64,000 bases of DNA from a virus (IMGVR_UViG_3300014208_000027:96001-160000); one strand, 5' to 3'; positions 28,902-38,178 are shown, counted from the stretch's first letter. The notes: a model not told the origin generated them from the letters alone. A program made the numbers and translations.

Positions 28902-29297
28902 CTAGTTAGACAGTTTTTCTATTTCTTGCTTATACTTTTCTATTTCCTTTTCCATTTCCTTTATATAATTCTTAGCTCCTTCAATTCCACGATTATCTAA
29001 TCGCAAGAAAATTTCCAAAGTTTCTATACATTTCTTTTTTATCTTCTCTAGATCTTTTTCCAGGTTTTCTTCAGAAAACGAGAATTTTTCTTCAGGTAGC
29101 CAATGTAGGGATCCTATTTTCATATTACTATCATCTTCGCAGTTATATTTTTCTTTCGTTATAACGCATTGCAAATATTTTTTTTCTTTACCTCGTAATG
29201 TTTTTAATTGTTCTTGTACTATCTCAACTTCCCAAGTGCTAAAATTAGTATTAAGAATGTTGGTGAGTGTCAAAAATACTTTTTCTTTGTTTTCCAT
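28902..29297 (-). CDS. Hypothetical charged/coiled-coil protein, probably leaderless
   Basis: 131-aa ORF; TTGACA-16-CATACT-6-ATG. Confidence 0.6.
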   Translation of the reverse strand: MENKEKVFLTLTNILNTNFSTWEVEIVQEQLKTLRGKEKKYLQCVITKEKYNCEDDSNMKIGSLHWLPEEKFSFSEENLEKDLEKIKKKCIETLEIFLRLDNRGIEGAKNYIKEMEKEIEKYKQEIEKLSN

Positions 29298-29303
29298 ACT
29301 ATT

Positions 29304-29374
29304 AGTATGACGTAGATTTTCTTTTTGTCAATTGGTAATTTTCCTCTTTACTTTTCCTATCCTTTTGCTACACT
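29304..29374. promoter_or_regulatory. Divergent sigma70-type promoters
   Basis: Minus strand: TTGACA(29326-29331)-16-CATACT. Plus strand: TTTACT-16-(TGc)TACACT-6-ATG(29381). Confidence 0.6.
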
Positions 29375-29577
29375 TCTTTTATGATCATCAAGCCCGGTAC
29401 ACTTGTTAAATCGAAGACTGTTTATTATTTTCAGCATTCAAAATATAATAACCTCTACGGTGCAGTTTTTCATGATTATAGTAATCATGAATTAGATTAA
29501 TCTAGTGCTATAAAGGTTTTTTTATTTAGTTTGTTGGAATATCATGCTTTCTATATTCGAGATCTTGAGATTTTTCC

Positions 29578-29606
29578 TTGACATTTTCCTATCCCTTTGC
29601 TACAGT
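29578..29606 (+). promoter_or_regulatory. Sigma70-type promoter, near-copy of the one at 29347-29374
   Basis: TTGACA-17-(TGc)TACAGT; shares TTTTCCTATCCyTTTGCTACA. Confidence 0.65.
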
Positions 29607-29639
29607 GTTTTATATTGATAGACTTTCAAAGGTTTTATT

Positions 29640-29879
29640 ATGACAGCAGATTTTAAAATTCTTACTCCTACCAAACCTCACCAAAAGTTACGTATCTATG
29701 AGATTGCTTGTTTAATGTCTAAAAGTGGTTTATCGTCGGGTTTCATTGTTCCCGCGGTAGAATTGGCTTGCATCTATGAAGGTGTTTATGACATGATGGA
29801 ACTTTGGGAACGTGAGCCAGATGAGATTGAACGTGATTTACTTGTTATGGACATTCAGTGTCTTCTAAAGGTTAAATAA
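29640..29879 (+). CDS. Hypothetical protein
   Basis: 79-aa ORF, first gene after the promoter. Confidence 0.55.
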   Translation: MTADFKILTPTKPHQKLRIYEIACLMSKSGLSSGFIVPAVELACIYEGVYDMMELWEREPDEIERDLLVMDIQCLLKVK

Positions 29880-30295
29880 TGGATAATAGTGGTTTTAGAA
29901 TCCCAGAATTTGACCCAGGTGAAGATAATATTCTTTCTTCCTATTGTGAAGAACTTAAACTTGTTAAAACTTTGCAAGAACTAAATATTTTTGTCGCCAG
30001 GTGGAAAGAGTTATGGTTTGCTAGATTTGATACTACTTCAAGTTTTGAGACTGCTATGTCCGACTCTGTTTTAGATGGACAATATAGTCAAGAAGTATTA
30101 AATTGTATTGTTAGATCTTTTGATATAACAGATGATGGTTTTGTAAATTCTCCAGGGTTTAATATGGCTATGGCTATTCGTATGCCTTGGGTATTGTCAG
30201 AAGCTATGAGTGTAGCAAAAAAATACATTGTTCCTTTGAATTGTGCTGTTTTTCAACTTCTTCGAGCATATAAAATGGGTGGTAAAAGTGCCTAA
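29879..30295 (+). CDS. Hypothetical protein
   Basis: 138-aa ORF, coupled by TAATG. Confidence 0.55.
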   Translation: MDNSGFRIPEFDPGEDNILSSYCEELKLVKTLQELNIFVARWKELWFARFDTTSSFETAMSDSVLDGQYSQEVLNCIVRSFDITDDGFVNSPGFNMAMAIRMPWVLSEAMSVAKKYIVPLNCAVFQLLRAYKMGGKSA

Positions 30296-30608
30296 AAAAG
30301 TATCAAAAAAGATTACTCGCAATATTCTTCTTTCAGGTCATTATATTGTTGTAAATTGTAAGAATAAATCTTTTGAACATTTTACAGGTATACCAGAACT
30401 TAAGAAGTATTTTGAAGATCAATTTGCAGGCAAAAGTAAGTTACCTCAGCAAGAACTTATGGAGGAATTAAAAAATTACATTGTATTCAGAGGCATAATG
30501 TCTCCTATCAAGTTCAAGTATAAGAATCAGGTAGATTTTTTAGTAGGTAAAGAAAATAATAACTTAGAATCGTCAAATTTGAATGATTCTACAAAGCAAG
30601 GAGAATAA
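30288..30608 (+). CDS. Hypothetical protein
   Basis: GTG start overlapping the upstream stop, within track ORF 30243. Confidence 0.5.
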   Translation: MPKKVSKKITRNILLSGHYIVVNCKNKSFEHFTGIPELKKYFEDQFAGKSKLPQQELMEELKNYIVFRGIMSPIKFKYKNQVDFLVGKENNNLESSNLNDSTKQGE

Positions 30609-30610
30609 AA

Positions 30611-30817
30611 ATGTCGATTAGAGATGATAAGTCGTTTAGAAAAGTGGAATCTAATAGTAAGTGCGGAAAAAGTTTATGGGTTAATGATAACGGAAAATAT
30701 GTTGTGACAGAAGATATTAAAGGGTATTCTTATTTAAACGATAAAATAGTTTATGATAGCAAGGAAGACGCAAACAAAGCTCATACCACTTATTATAAAG
30801 TAGAAGTACGTTATTAA
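30611..30817 (+). CDS. Hypothetical protein
   Basis: Strong RBS AAGGAGAATAAAA-ATG. Confidence 0.6.
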   Translation: MSIRDDKSFRKVESNSKCGKSLWVNDNGKYVVTEDIKGYSYLNDKIVYDSKEDANKAHTTYYKVEVRY

Positions 30818-30949
30818 ATTCTTTGATAGAATACAATGAATAAACTTACAAAGCAAGGAGAGTAAGATGAATGCATTATAAATGTGTAATATCAATGGAG
30901 GTATAAACAGATTGTTAGTTGACTTTTAACAGAGTGAGAACAAAGAAAT

Positions 30950-31567
30950 ATGTATAAGATAGGAGATAAATTATGTATTACAGAACAGTTTGTAGATTTT
31001 AATAAATCAGATTGGGCAAGGGAACTTAGAACATTTCCTTTTTTAACAGTAAGTGATGTTATTAAAGAAGAAGAATTTTCGGCGATATATTTTAAGGAAT
31101 ATAAATTTAATAGCGGTGGAGTTGGTATAAAAGAAGATTTGTCATTCTGGAAGAATCAGACAACAATACCAGTTTTTGAACACTACAAGGAGAGTAAAAT
31201 GAGTTTTGATTCAGTAAAAAAGAAAACAGTTGATTCACTGCAAGAAGGAATGAAAATTGGTGGAAGCAGGAAGGCAGTGGAAACTGTTGTTTCTATTTTG
31301 AAGAGAGCGTGTGGGTCCAATTATCCTTCGCTTCTTACCACCCCTCTTGGAAGTAAGTTGGAGCCTTATGTTGCAAGCGTGGCTATTTTAAGTATTGTCG
31401 CTCTTTTTGAGAATCGATTTCCGACATTGAAAAATCTTGAAACAGTTGCCAATAAGGCATTGACGGGTTTTGCAGCGAATGATTGTGCTGATTTATTAAC
31501 TATGTTAGAGCCATTGGCTGTACAACTTGTTGCTGTTGCTCCAACATTGAAGATTGATGAAGAATAA
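30950..31567 (+). CDS. Hypothetical protein; SH3-like N-terminus and an in-frame internal start at 31199
   Basis: MYKIGDKLC...; internal ACAAGGAGAGTAAA-ATG. Confidence 0.55.
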   Translation: MYKIGDKLCITEQFVDFNKSDWARELRTFPFLTVSDVIKEEEFSAIYFKEYKFNSGGVGIKEDLSFWKNQTTIPVFEHYKESKMSFDSVKKKTVDSLQEGMKIGGSRKAVETVVSILKRACGSNYPSLLTTPLGSKLEPYVASVAILSIVALFENRFPTLKNLETVANKALTGFAANDCADLLTMLEPLAVQLVAVAPTLKIDEE

Positions 31568-31569
31568 AA

Positions 31570-31875
31570 ATGTCATGTACTGAATATGAACTTGGTAAAA
31601 TGCACCGTCCGAGATCGTGGGATGAATTAACAGAACAGGAACAGAAAGAGGAAAGAGAGTATCGAGAGAAGCATCGTTTAATTGATAAACTGCATGAAAA
31701 ATATAAGTTGATACGTGAAATGTGTAAACACCGTGGAGGGTGTGGTTGGGAATGTCATAGTGAAAAGGAAGAATCAAAATATGTTTGTTATTGTAATATT
31801 ACTGAGATAGAAAAACTTCATAACATTGAAAAACTTCTTAAAGAACAAAATGACCTTTTAAGAAAAAATCGATAA
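31570..31875 (+). CDS. Hypothetical protein (Cys cluster)
   Basis: 101-aa ORF after AGAATAAAA. Confidence 0.55.
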   Translation: MSCTEYELGKMHRPRSWDELTEQEQKEEREYREKHRLIDKLHEKYKLIREMCKHRGGCGWECHSEKEESKYVCYCNITEIEKLHNIEKLLKEQNDLLRKNR

Positions 31876-31891
31876 ACAAAGGAGAATAAAA

Positions 31892-32209
31892 ATGTCTAAG
31901 AAGAAGTGTTGTAATCCTAGTGAAGGTTGTTGTAGCCCGAAGAAAAAAGTTAGTGAAGGTTATACAGTAGTTAGTAGTGATGATTTTGGTAGCGGGTCGG
32001 AGCTCACTTGGGATTATTGTGAAAGTGAAGAAGACTTGGCTAATTTCTTTTATGACATTAGTGATGAAAATACTAGTTTAAATGAAGATGAAGTAGATAA
32101 GCTATTGGATAATTATCTTGTTTTCGAAGGAAAACTTACTCCACTTTCTCGCCATGTAGAATTAACTGGTTTTAAGGTTAGTTATTCAAAGGATAATGAT
32201 AATGATTAA
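31892..32209 (+). CDS. Acidic hypothetical protein
   Basis: RBS AAGGAGAATAAAA. Confidence 0.55.
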   Translation: MSKKKCCNPSEGCCSPKKKVSEGYTVVSSDDFGSGSELTWDYCESEEDLANFFYDISDENTSLNEDEVDKLLDNYLVFEGKLTPLSRHVELTGFKVSYSKDNDND

Positions 32210-32558
32210 TCTTCCTCAAGTAGTTCTTAATGCTCTTGAAAAACGCCGTGATATTCTTGAAGAGTCTCAACGTATCATGAAGTTATCGGATGCTTATCAA
32301 AACAAGGCTAATGATCTTTGTGATATGATGTGGCAGGCAGAGGCAGCAAAGAAAAATTTAAGTTGCCTATATTATTCTAAAATGGATCAAGAGGTAGCTT
32401 ATAATGGTGTACTAGGTGATTTAGCTTCTTCTAAAGCAGAACAACTTTACATTGAAGGAAATAAATTAGTGCTTGAAGCTGTTGAAAGTAGTATGCCTGC
32501 TGAGACAACGGTTAAGTTTTATAAGGGGAATATTTTTATTAATAACGAGGAAATTTAA
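32196..32558 (+). CDS. Hypothetical helical protein
   Basis: 120-aa ORF overlapping the upstream stop. Confidence 0.55.
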   Translation: MIMINLPQVVLNALEKRRDILEESQRIMKLSDAYQNKANDLCDMMWQAEAAKKNLSCLYYSKMDQEVAYNGVLGDLASSKAEQLYIEGNKLVLEAVESSMPAETTVKFYKGNIFINNEEI

Positions 32559-33775
32559 CGCTGTTCGTCCCACGTTAAAGCACTAGAAGCTACTGCTGTT
32601 GAGTTTAACGATGTCACTACTACAGAATAGTTAATTGGTGCCGATCCTGACGCATTTAATACGATTGGATATTTTTTAGCATGGTCAAAGAAAGTTGTAT
32701 ATGAAAGTCTATTTGCTGCTGAACCTGCTGCCACATATCCAGATTGTATAGTAATTCCTCCAGAAATAGCTGTTGCTGCTACATCAAATTCTGCAACGGA
32801 ATTTCCATCTACACTTGCCCATGTTGGTCCCGTTAAAGAACCACTATATACAATCTCCCAAAATACATTGTTTGACCCAACTAAAAAGTCTATTTCTTTG
32901 GGAATAATATTTCCACGATTTGTTATTCCACTGAGAGTTGATTTTGGTCGTATTGAAAGAATCGGTCTTCTAGACGTAACATTAAACGAACCTGTTGTGT
33001 TACTAGTAGAAAATGTTTGACCAAATTTATTAAAGCTCCCTTCTGAGATAACTGTGCTGCAAATTTGTGTTAAAGAACCTCCTGCACTGGCTCCTGTATT
33101 AAAAATTTCATATCGTAATGGTAAGTTTGCGGAGGTTAAAGAAACAGTAGAAATAATGTTGGCAATTAAAAATTCATGTACTGGGTAAGCAATGCCATTT
33201 ATGTCAAAACCAACACGAATTCTTCCCTCTCCTAGCCACTGTAAATCTATCCATAAGATTTGACTTTTTGTAATGTCTAAAGTTATACCGCTTGGTCCAT
33301 TACCCTGCATAGTGTCTTTATTCCAAGATGCCTGTGCTACCGTATTATTTACTATGGCGCCGGAAGAAAAAGTTCGTCTAACTACATTTAGAGTTCCACT
33401 CCCAAGTTGTTCAAAGTATATTCCGTTTTGATCGTCAAAATAACCTACTCTTCGAGTGGTATTTGTTACTGCGGTTCCAAACATAAAAGAATTATATGTT
33501 AGTAGAGATTTTCCTGGTTGGTAACGAAAATACTCTCTTGTTTGGTGTCTACTTAAATCAGTAACGCCAGTTGAGACAGTTAAGTTGCATCCAGAAGAGT
33601 TCGGCAAATGGGATAAAGAACCTGTACCGGTTAAAATTGTTTCCCAAACTAAATTACCAGTGTCATATTGAAATCCACTTTCAAATATTGTTTCAGGTGT
33701 TGATACTTTTGCCCGTCCAAAAGCGTCAATTGCGGTATTGTCACCAAAAGCTAGTGCGTTAGGAAAATAACTCAT
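32555..33775 (-). CDS. Conserved phage virion-type protein (DAFGR-x-VS family)
   Basis: DAFGRAKVSTPETIF...RQT-like/YFRYQPGKS...RVGYFDDQNGIYFE...WLGEGRIRVGF. Confidence 0.6.
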   Translation of the reverse strand: MSYFPNALAFGDNTAIDAFGRAKVSTPETIFESGFQYDTGNLVWETILTGTGSLSHLPNSSGCNLTVSTGVTDLSRHQTREYFRYQPGKSLLTYNSFMFGTAVTNTTRRVGYFDDQNGIYFEQLGSGTLNVVRRTFSSGAIVNNTVAQASWNKDTMQGNGPSGITLDITKSQILWIDLQWLGEGRIRVGFDINGIAYPVHEFLIANIISTVSLTSANLPLRYEIFNTGASAGGSLTQICSTVISEGSFNKFGQTFSTSNTTGSFNVTSRRPILSIRPKSTLSGITNRGNIIPKEIDFLVGSNNVFWEIVYSGSLTGPTWASVDGNSVAEFDVAATAISGGITIQSGYVAAGSAANRLSYTTFFDHAKKYPIVLNASGSAPINYSVVVTSLNSTAVASSALTWDEQR

Positions 33776-33789
33776 TTTTTATTTCTTCC

Positions 33790-34179
33790 CTATTTTAGAT
33801 ACCAATTCGTACCATTTGAAATTATTGTTACAGCGGCTTGAGATATTAAACCTACTGTCGAATTATTACTTATATTTCCGTTAGAACTTGATACAGTAAC
33901 TTGAGTTCCATTAGTATCGGTTCTAATCATTTCATAAATTTTATTTGTATTGCCAGAAGCAGAGGGAAGAGTGACAATTATTGGAGTTGATGATGCTGTT
34001 ATAAATAATCCGTAATCTGTTGACAGTAATGAATAACTTCCAGAAATTGTAAGATAGGTTGGATTTAAAATATTATTATTGCCATCAACTATAGTATCGG
34101 AAGATGTAGCTGGCCTAAAAGGCCCTATAGAATCCCCTATGGTATAATCAGATTTGACAATAATGGTTCTGCTTGACAT
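33790..34179 (-). CDS. Short fibre-like protein sharing its N-terminal module with 34186
   Basis: VKSDYTIGDSIGPFR; C-terminal ITASSTPIIVTLPSASG...SNGTNWY. Confidence 0.6.
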   Translation of the reverse strand: MSSRTIIVKSDYTIGDSIGPFRPATSSDTIVDGNNNILNPTYLTISGSYSLLSTDYGLFITASSTPIIVTLPSASGNTNKIYEMIRTDTNGTQVTVSSSNGNISNNSTVGLISQAAVTIISNGTNWYLK

Positions 34180-34185
34180 TAATAT

Positions 34186-35610
34186 CTATGCCCATTTTCT
34201 AACAAGACTCATTGACCCAGTGTCGCTAAGAACACTTCCATTGATTATACCTAACCATGTGCTTCCACTACTTACTGTTGTTATTTGCCCAAGAGTTCCA
34301 GCTAAAGTGGGTGTCCCTGTCGCACTAATTAAAATTTTACTAGTAACATCACAATAAGTTCCCCAACCTCCATTTCCAGAGCCGGATAATGGGACAGTTG
34401 GAGCATTTACTCGTAAATAAGAATTTTCTGATAAGTAAATCCCATGACCTGAACTATCCGCGCAACTTATACCATCACTAATTGATATATTGCTTAAACT
34501 TGAACTAATTCCATATCCTGCAACTCCTGAAAATTGAATTGGAGAATATTGAGATGGGGTGTTGACCATTAGTGTGTTGTTACATGTTTGTAAAATAAGT
34601 CCATGTGTAGTTCCTTTGATACGATTTCCATTATAAACTTCTAAATCTCTGACCCTTGATAGGGAAACCCCAGTGAGATATCCTCCTGTAATCCATATTG
34701 TTGAGGAGTCTCGTACTCCAAAAGAGCCAGTTCTTATCCCAACTCCATTCATCCAATTTGCTATTTCTATTGTTAGAGGGAATGCGGTTGTATCAAGAAC
34801 TATTGCATTTACGGTTCCTGTTTCAGTACAATAAGAAGCGTTAATGGGTGCTGCATTAGAACTTTCCAATACCATTCCAGTTAAGAATACGGATCCAGTG
34901 CTGGATATTGGTTGAATAGAGACAGAACCACCAACAGATACCCTTTGTAAAATTAATCCAGATGGATAAGTTGTAGTTCCTGAATTTTGTAAATATAGTG
35001 TTCCTGTTCCATTTATTATTGTTGATGGTTTGCTGATTTGAAAAGTTGCTGTGCCAGGATCCTCAGAGAAAAATTTATTTGGTGTTATAGTTGTTGAAGT
35101 ATTACTTAAAATTGTTCTTTTTTGTCCAGAACATACGCCAGAGGTTATTTCTATAATATACCCTGCATAACTGTCTACTGTGTATCCAAGCCCTGTTTTT
35201 CCTATGCTAGAAGTGGAATGGATATCAGCACTTGCTATTGGCCCTGCCAAAACAGTTGTGGTAGTGCCTCCATCAATTACAACATTTGCAAAAGCTTTAA
35301 TTGACAAATAAGCGTTAGATGAGAGAGTTACAGTTCCGGCAACATGTATTACGATTTCTGAGTAAGTTGTTGTTGGTAGAATGGAAGAAATCCCATTAAA
35401 AGTTTTTTTTGCGGTTGTTGCGCTTAATCCATCATTAGAATCGTTTCCACTAGTTCCATCTAGATAATATCTTTTAGTTGTTAAATTTAAAGATGGAATA
35501 TTGATTCCATTTCCGTCAACAATTGAATCTAAAGATGTCGCATCTCGGAAAGGACCAATAGAGTCCCCAAGGGTATAATCAGATTTAACTAAGATAGTTT
35601 TATTTGCCAT
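34186..35610 (-). CDS. Tail fibre/spike-like protein with a probable beta-helix
   Basis: YYLDGTSGNDSNDGLSATTAKKTF followed by short beta repeats (GYGISS, GHGIYL, GWGTY). Confidence 0.65.
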   Translation of the reverse strand: MANKTILVKSDYTLGDSIGPFRDATSLDSIVDGNGINIPSLNLTTKRYYLDGTSGNDSNDGLSATTAKKTFNGISSILPTTTYSEIVIHVAGTVTLSSNAYLSIKAFANVVIDGGTTTTVLAGPIASADIHSTSSIGKTGLGYTVDSYAGYIIEITSGVCSGQKRTILSNTSTTITPNKFFSEDPGTATFQISKPSTIINGTGTLYLQNSGTTTYPSGLILQRVSVGGSVSIQPISSTGSVFLTGMVLESSNAAPINASYCTETGTVNAIVLDTTAFPLTIEIANWMNGVGIRTGSFGVRDSSTIWITGGYLTGVSLSRVRDLEVYNGNRIKGTTHGLILQTCNNTLMVNTPSQYSPIQFSGVAGYGISSSLSNISISDGISCADSSGHGIYLSENSYLRVNAPTVPLSGSGNGGWGTYCDVTSKILISATGTPTLAGTLGQITTVSSGSTWLGIINGSVLSDTGSMSLVRKWA

Positions 35611-35647
35611 GTTTTAGAATGTTTCCTCATGTTAAATAGGTCGGAAA

Positions 35648-36364
35648 TTAGGAACGAGGCTTGATAGTCGCAATTAGATCCCAATTGATAGTTGTGGCAG
35701 CTTTTCCCGTTACTCTAAACAATAAATTTGTGCCACTACCAGTGATATCAGCATCCATAGCCGCTGTAGTTTCTATGTCGGAAAATGTTGTTTGAACGCT
35801 ACCTTGCAAATTAACATCCCCGGCTGATTGTCTATACGCACAAGCAAAGCGCCCATAAGCACACCGTTCTGTTCCTGCTATGTCTCTTCCTGTATATAAA
35901 CCTTCAACTAAATATAAAGTATTATCAGCAAGTGGATAAGATAAAATTGTTGTTATGTTAGAACCTGTAGTTTGAACAGTGGCGTACTGTAAAACTGTAT
36001 TAGCAACAGAACCACTATTGACGGTAACTGTTGGTAAATTTGCTGTCCCTGGGTCACCTGTTGGGCCAGTCACACCAGTTCCAGTAGGCCCGGTTGGCCC
36101 TATTACTGTAGAATCAGCGCCTGTTGGCCCTGTTGGACCAGTCACACCAGCTCCAGTAGGACCGGTTGGCCCTATTACTGTAGAATCAGCGCCCGTAGGA
36201 CCAGTAGGACCAGTCACACCAGCTCCAGTAGGACCGGTTGGACCTACAACTGTAGAATTAGCCCCTGTAGGGCCCGTAGCTCCAGTTGGGCCAATTGATG
36301 GGTAATGATGTTCTACAGGTGTTTCTGTTGGATCCCATTTATGCGGTATGGTTGGATTTGACAT
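35648..36364 (-). CDS. Collagen-like (G-P-T) fibre protein
   Basis: Interrupted GPT triplet repeats ([13 protein letters not shown]...). CTAATTA 5 nt before the ATG. Confidence 0.85.
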   Translation of the reverse strand: MSNPTIPHKWDPTETPVEHHYPSIGPTGATGPTGANSTVVGPTGPTGAGVTGPTGPTGADSTVIGPTGPTGAGVTGPTGPTGADSTVIGPTGPTGTGVTGPTGDPGTANLPTVTVNSGSVANTVLQYATVQTTGSNITTILSYPLADNTLYLVEGLYTGRDIAGTERCAYGRFACAYRQSAGDVNLQGSVQTTFSDIETTAAMDADITGSGTNLLFRVTGKAATTINWDLIATIKPRS

Positions 36365-36382
36365 GAATATAATTAGTTGTCA

Positions 36383-36411
36383 TTGACTTTCCATTTTCTC
36401 TCTGCTACACT
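36383..36411 (+). promoter_or_regulatory. Sigma70-type promoter
   Basis: TTGACT-17-(TGc)TACACT-6-ATG. Confidence 0.72.
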
Positions 36412-36417
36412 GATTTT

Positions 36418-36639
36418 ATGTTCAACCTTGGTGATTTAATTTGTTTTAAGTCTTTAATCGGAGAGAATATTTATAGTGTTCCTTTGTCCTATGGATTTAT
36501 TAAAGCATATTTTACAAGTGAAATAACGGGTGAAGTTATAAAAGATGGATATTATGTTGAGTGGTTTCAAAACAAAGAGAAACTCCCAGGCTTAATTTTT
36601 CCAACTTTAATGGACATTAGTCCATATCATAAAATTTAA
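36418..36639 (+). CDS. Small SH3/KOW-like protein, probably leaderless
   Basis: MFNLGDLICFK...YYVEWF. Confidence 0.65.
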   Translation: MFNLGDLICFKSLIGENIYSVPLSYGFIKAYFTSEITGEVIKDGYYVEWFQNKEKLPGLIFPTLMDISPYHKI

Positions 36640-36651
36640 AGGAGAATTTTT

Positions 36652-36900
36652 ATGCAAGTAAAGAAAAACATTAACATTTATTTTCTAGAATCAGAAGTGA
36701 AGGAGGCGTTACTTGATTATATGGTTAAAAATGGAATGAATGATGTCGCCGCTCATGCTTTTGAAAATTATTCAATGTTGGATTATACACCAGGGAGCAA
36801 TGAGGAAGATGAAGATGGAAATGTTGTTGAGGATGTTTATGTTTTATGTGTAGATGGTGAAATGGATGATGAAAGTTCTCCAGGGAAAGAAAAAAATTAA
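36652..36900 (+). CDS. Acidic hypothetical protein
   Basis: RBS AAGGAGA. Confidence 0.6.
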   Translation: MQVKKNINIYFLESEVKEALLDYMVKNGMNDVAAHAFENYSMLDYTPGSNEEDEDGNVVEDVYVLCVDGEMDDESSPGKEKN

Positions 36901-36901
36901 C

Positions 36902-37141
36902 ATGCGCAAACTCATTCCGAGAGATAAGTTTCTGAAAAGTAAACAAGGCGGATTCGCCTATATTACAGATGAGCTACTTAAAGAATATCACACAGAAGGA
37001 GAAATTAAAAATTTTGATAAGTGGATAACAGGTCAAACTTGCGCCTTAATTGATGGAAAATGTGCAATTTACTCGTGGGATTATGAGCGATGGGTTGGAC
37101 AAGGTAAAAAGACTGATCAAAACGTAGAAGATTGGGATTAG
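36902..37141 (+). CDS. Hypothetical protein
   Basis: ATG at 36902 within track ORF 36854. Confidence 0.55.
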   Translation: MRKLIPRDKFLKSKQGGFAYITDELLKEYHTEGEIKNFDKWITGQTCALIDGKCAIYSWDYERWVGQGKKTDQNVEDWD

Positions 37142-37149
37142 GTACAAAA

Positions 37150-37407
37150 ATGGCAGAATTATCTAGACAAGAATATTATGAATGCATGGTGAAAAAGGAT
37201 ATGCAAAATTTACTTAATGCAAGAAACATTGAGGATAATACAAAAAGCATTGAGGCACTTGAAAGAGTAGTTTTGAGCTGTGCGGTTAGGTGGTACAATA
37301 TTCAAACAGACCAGTCTGTATCGTCGGGCGTGATTATGGAGTGTGAGAGAAATCTTCAGGCTGCAATTTTTAACCTTGCAACCAAAAACTGGCGATTTCC
37401 ATATTAA
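37150..37407 (+). CDS. Hypothetical protein, copy 1 of a tandem duplication
   Basis: MAELSRQEYYE...ERVVLSCAVRWY; paralog of 37488. Confidence 0.65.
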   Translation: MAELSRQEYYECMVKKDMQNLLNARNIEDNTKSIEALERVVLSCAVRWYNIQTDQSVSSGVIMECERNLQAAIFNLATKNWRFPY

Positions 37408-37420
37408 AAGGAATTTAAAA

Positions 37421-37480
37421 ATGTGTAATTTTAATATTGGCGATAATGTTCAAATGAAGGATGTTGAAGATTGGGATTAG
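37421..37480 (+). pseudogene. 19-aa chimeric junction ORF from the tandem duplication
   Basis: MCNFNIGDNVQMK (like the start of 37738) fused to DVEDWD* (like the end of 36902). Confidence 0.7.
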
Positions 37481-37487
37481 GCATAAA

Positions 37488-37724
37488 ATGACAGAACTTT
37501 CTAGACAAGAACATTATGAACTTTTGATGAAAAATGATATGAAAAATTTGTATAGTTCAAAATCCTCAGCCGATTTTGAGCGGGTTGTTTTAAGTTGTGT
37601 AGTTCGATGGTATAGCATAGAAGAAGAATTTTCTTCAAGATCTATATTGTTGCATCGAGCCAAAGAAAATCTTCGTGAAGCAGCTTTTATGCTTAAAAGC
37701 AATAATTGGCAAACTTCCTATTGA
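37488..37724 (+). CDS. Hypothetical protein, copy 2 of the tandem duplication
   Basis: MTELSRQEHYE...ERVVLSCVVRWY. Confidence 0.65.
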   Translation: MTELSRQEHYELLMKNDMKNLYSSKSSADFERVVLSCVVRWYSIEEEFSSRSILLHRAKENLREAAFMLKSNNWQTSY

Positions 37725-37737
37725 AAGGAAATTAAAA

Positions 37738-37944
37738 ATGCAAAATTTTCAAGTTGGTGATATTGTTCAAATGAAGTACGTTGATAATATTGGATCAGTT
37801 ATTGAAAAGATATATTCTACAACTGGAGAAACACTTTATAAAATCATGTGGCTTACCTCTACAACTCAAGAACATTCTTATTGTCGAAAGGAAAGTTTAA
37901 AAAATCCTCGTCCTGCTAATGTTGCAGAAATTGTTTGGAGTTGA
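37738..37944 (+). CDS. Small SH3/KOW-like protein
   Basis: MQNFQVGDIVQMK..IGSVIE..YKIMW. Confidence 0.65.
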   Translation: MQNFQVGDIVQMKYVDNIGSVIEKIYSTTGETLYKIMWLTSTTQEHSYCRKESLKNPRPANVAEIVWS

Positions 37945-37945
37945 A

Positions 37946-38176
37946 ATGGAGAAATTTAAATTTAAGGTTGGAGAACATGTAAAGTTGAAATTTTCAGGTA
38001 GAGTTGGTGTGGTCACTTGGAACGATAGAATTGAGTGTTTAAATAAAAACTTGTATCAAGTTTTATGGAGTGGGGATACTGAAGTTGAAAGAGAGCCTGT
38101 GATGGAAGGTAGTGAAATTCATGGAAATAAATGTTATTCGGAAGAATCGTTTTTGGCAAACACTACAGGCAATTAA
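37946..38176 (+). CDS. Small SH3/KOW-like protein
   Basis: MEKFKFKVGEHVKLK..GVV..YQVLW. Confidence 0.65.
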   Translation: MEKFKFKVGEHVKLKFSGRVGVVTWNDRIECLNKNLYQVLWSGDTEVEREPVMEGSEIHGNKCYSEESFLANTTGN

Positions 38177-38178
38177 AA

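Noticed and set aside
29381-29494. 37-aa ORF as a functional gene
   Set aside because: It has a promoter and an SH3-like start but ends early; treated as a probable remnant.
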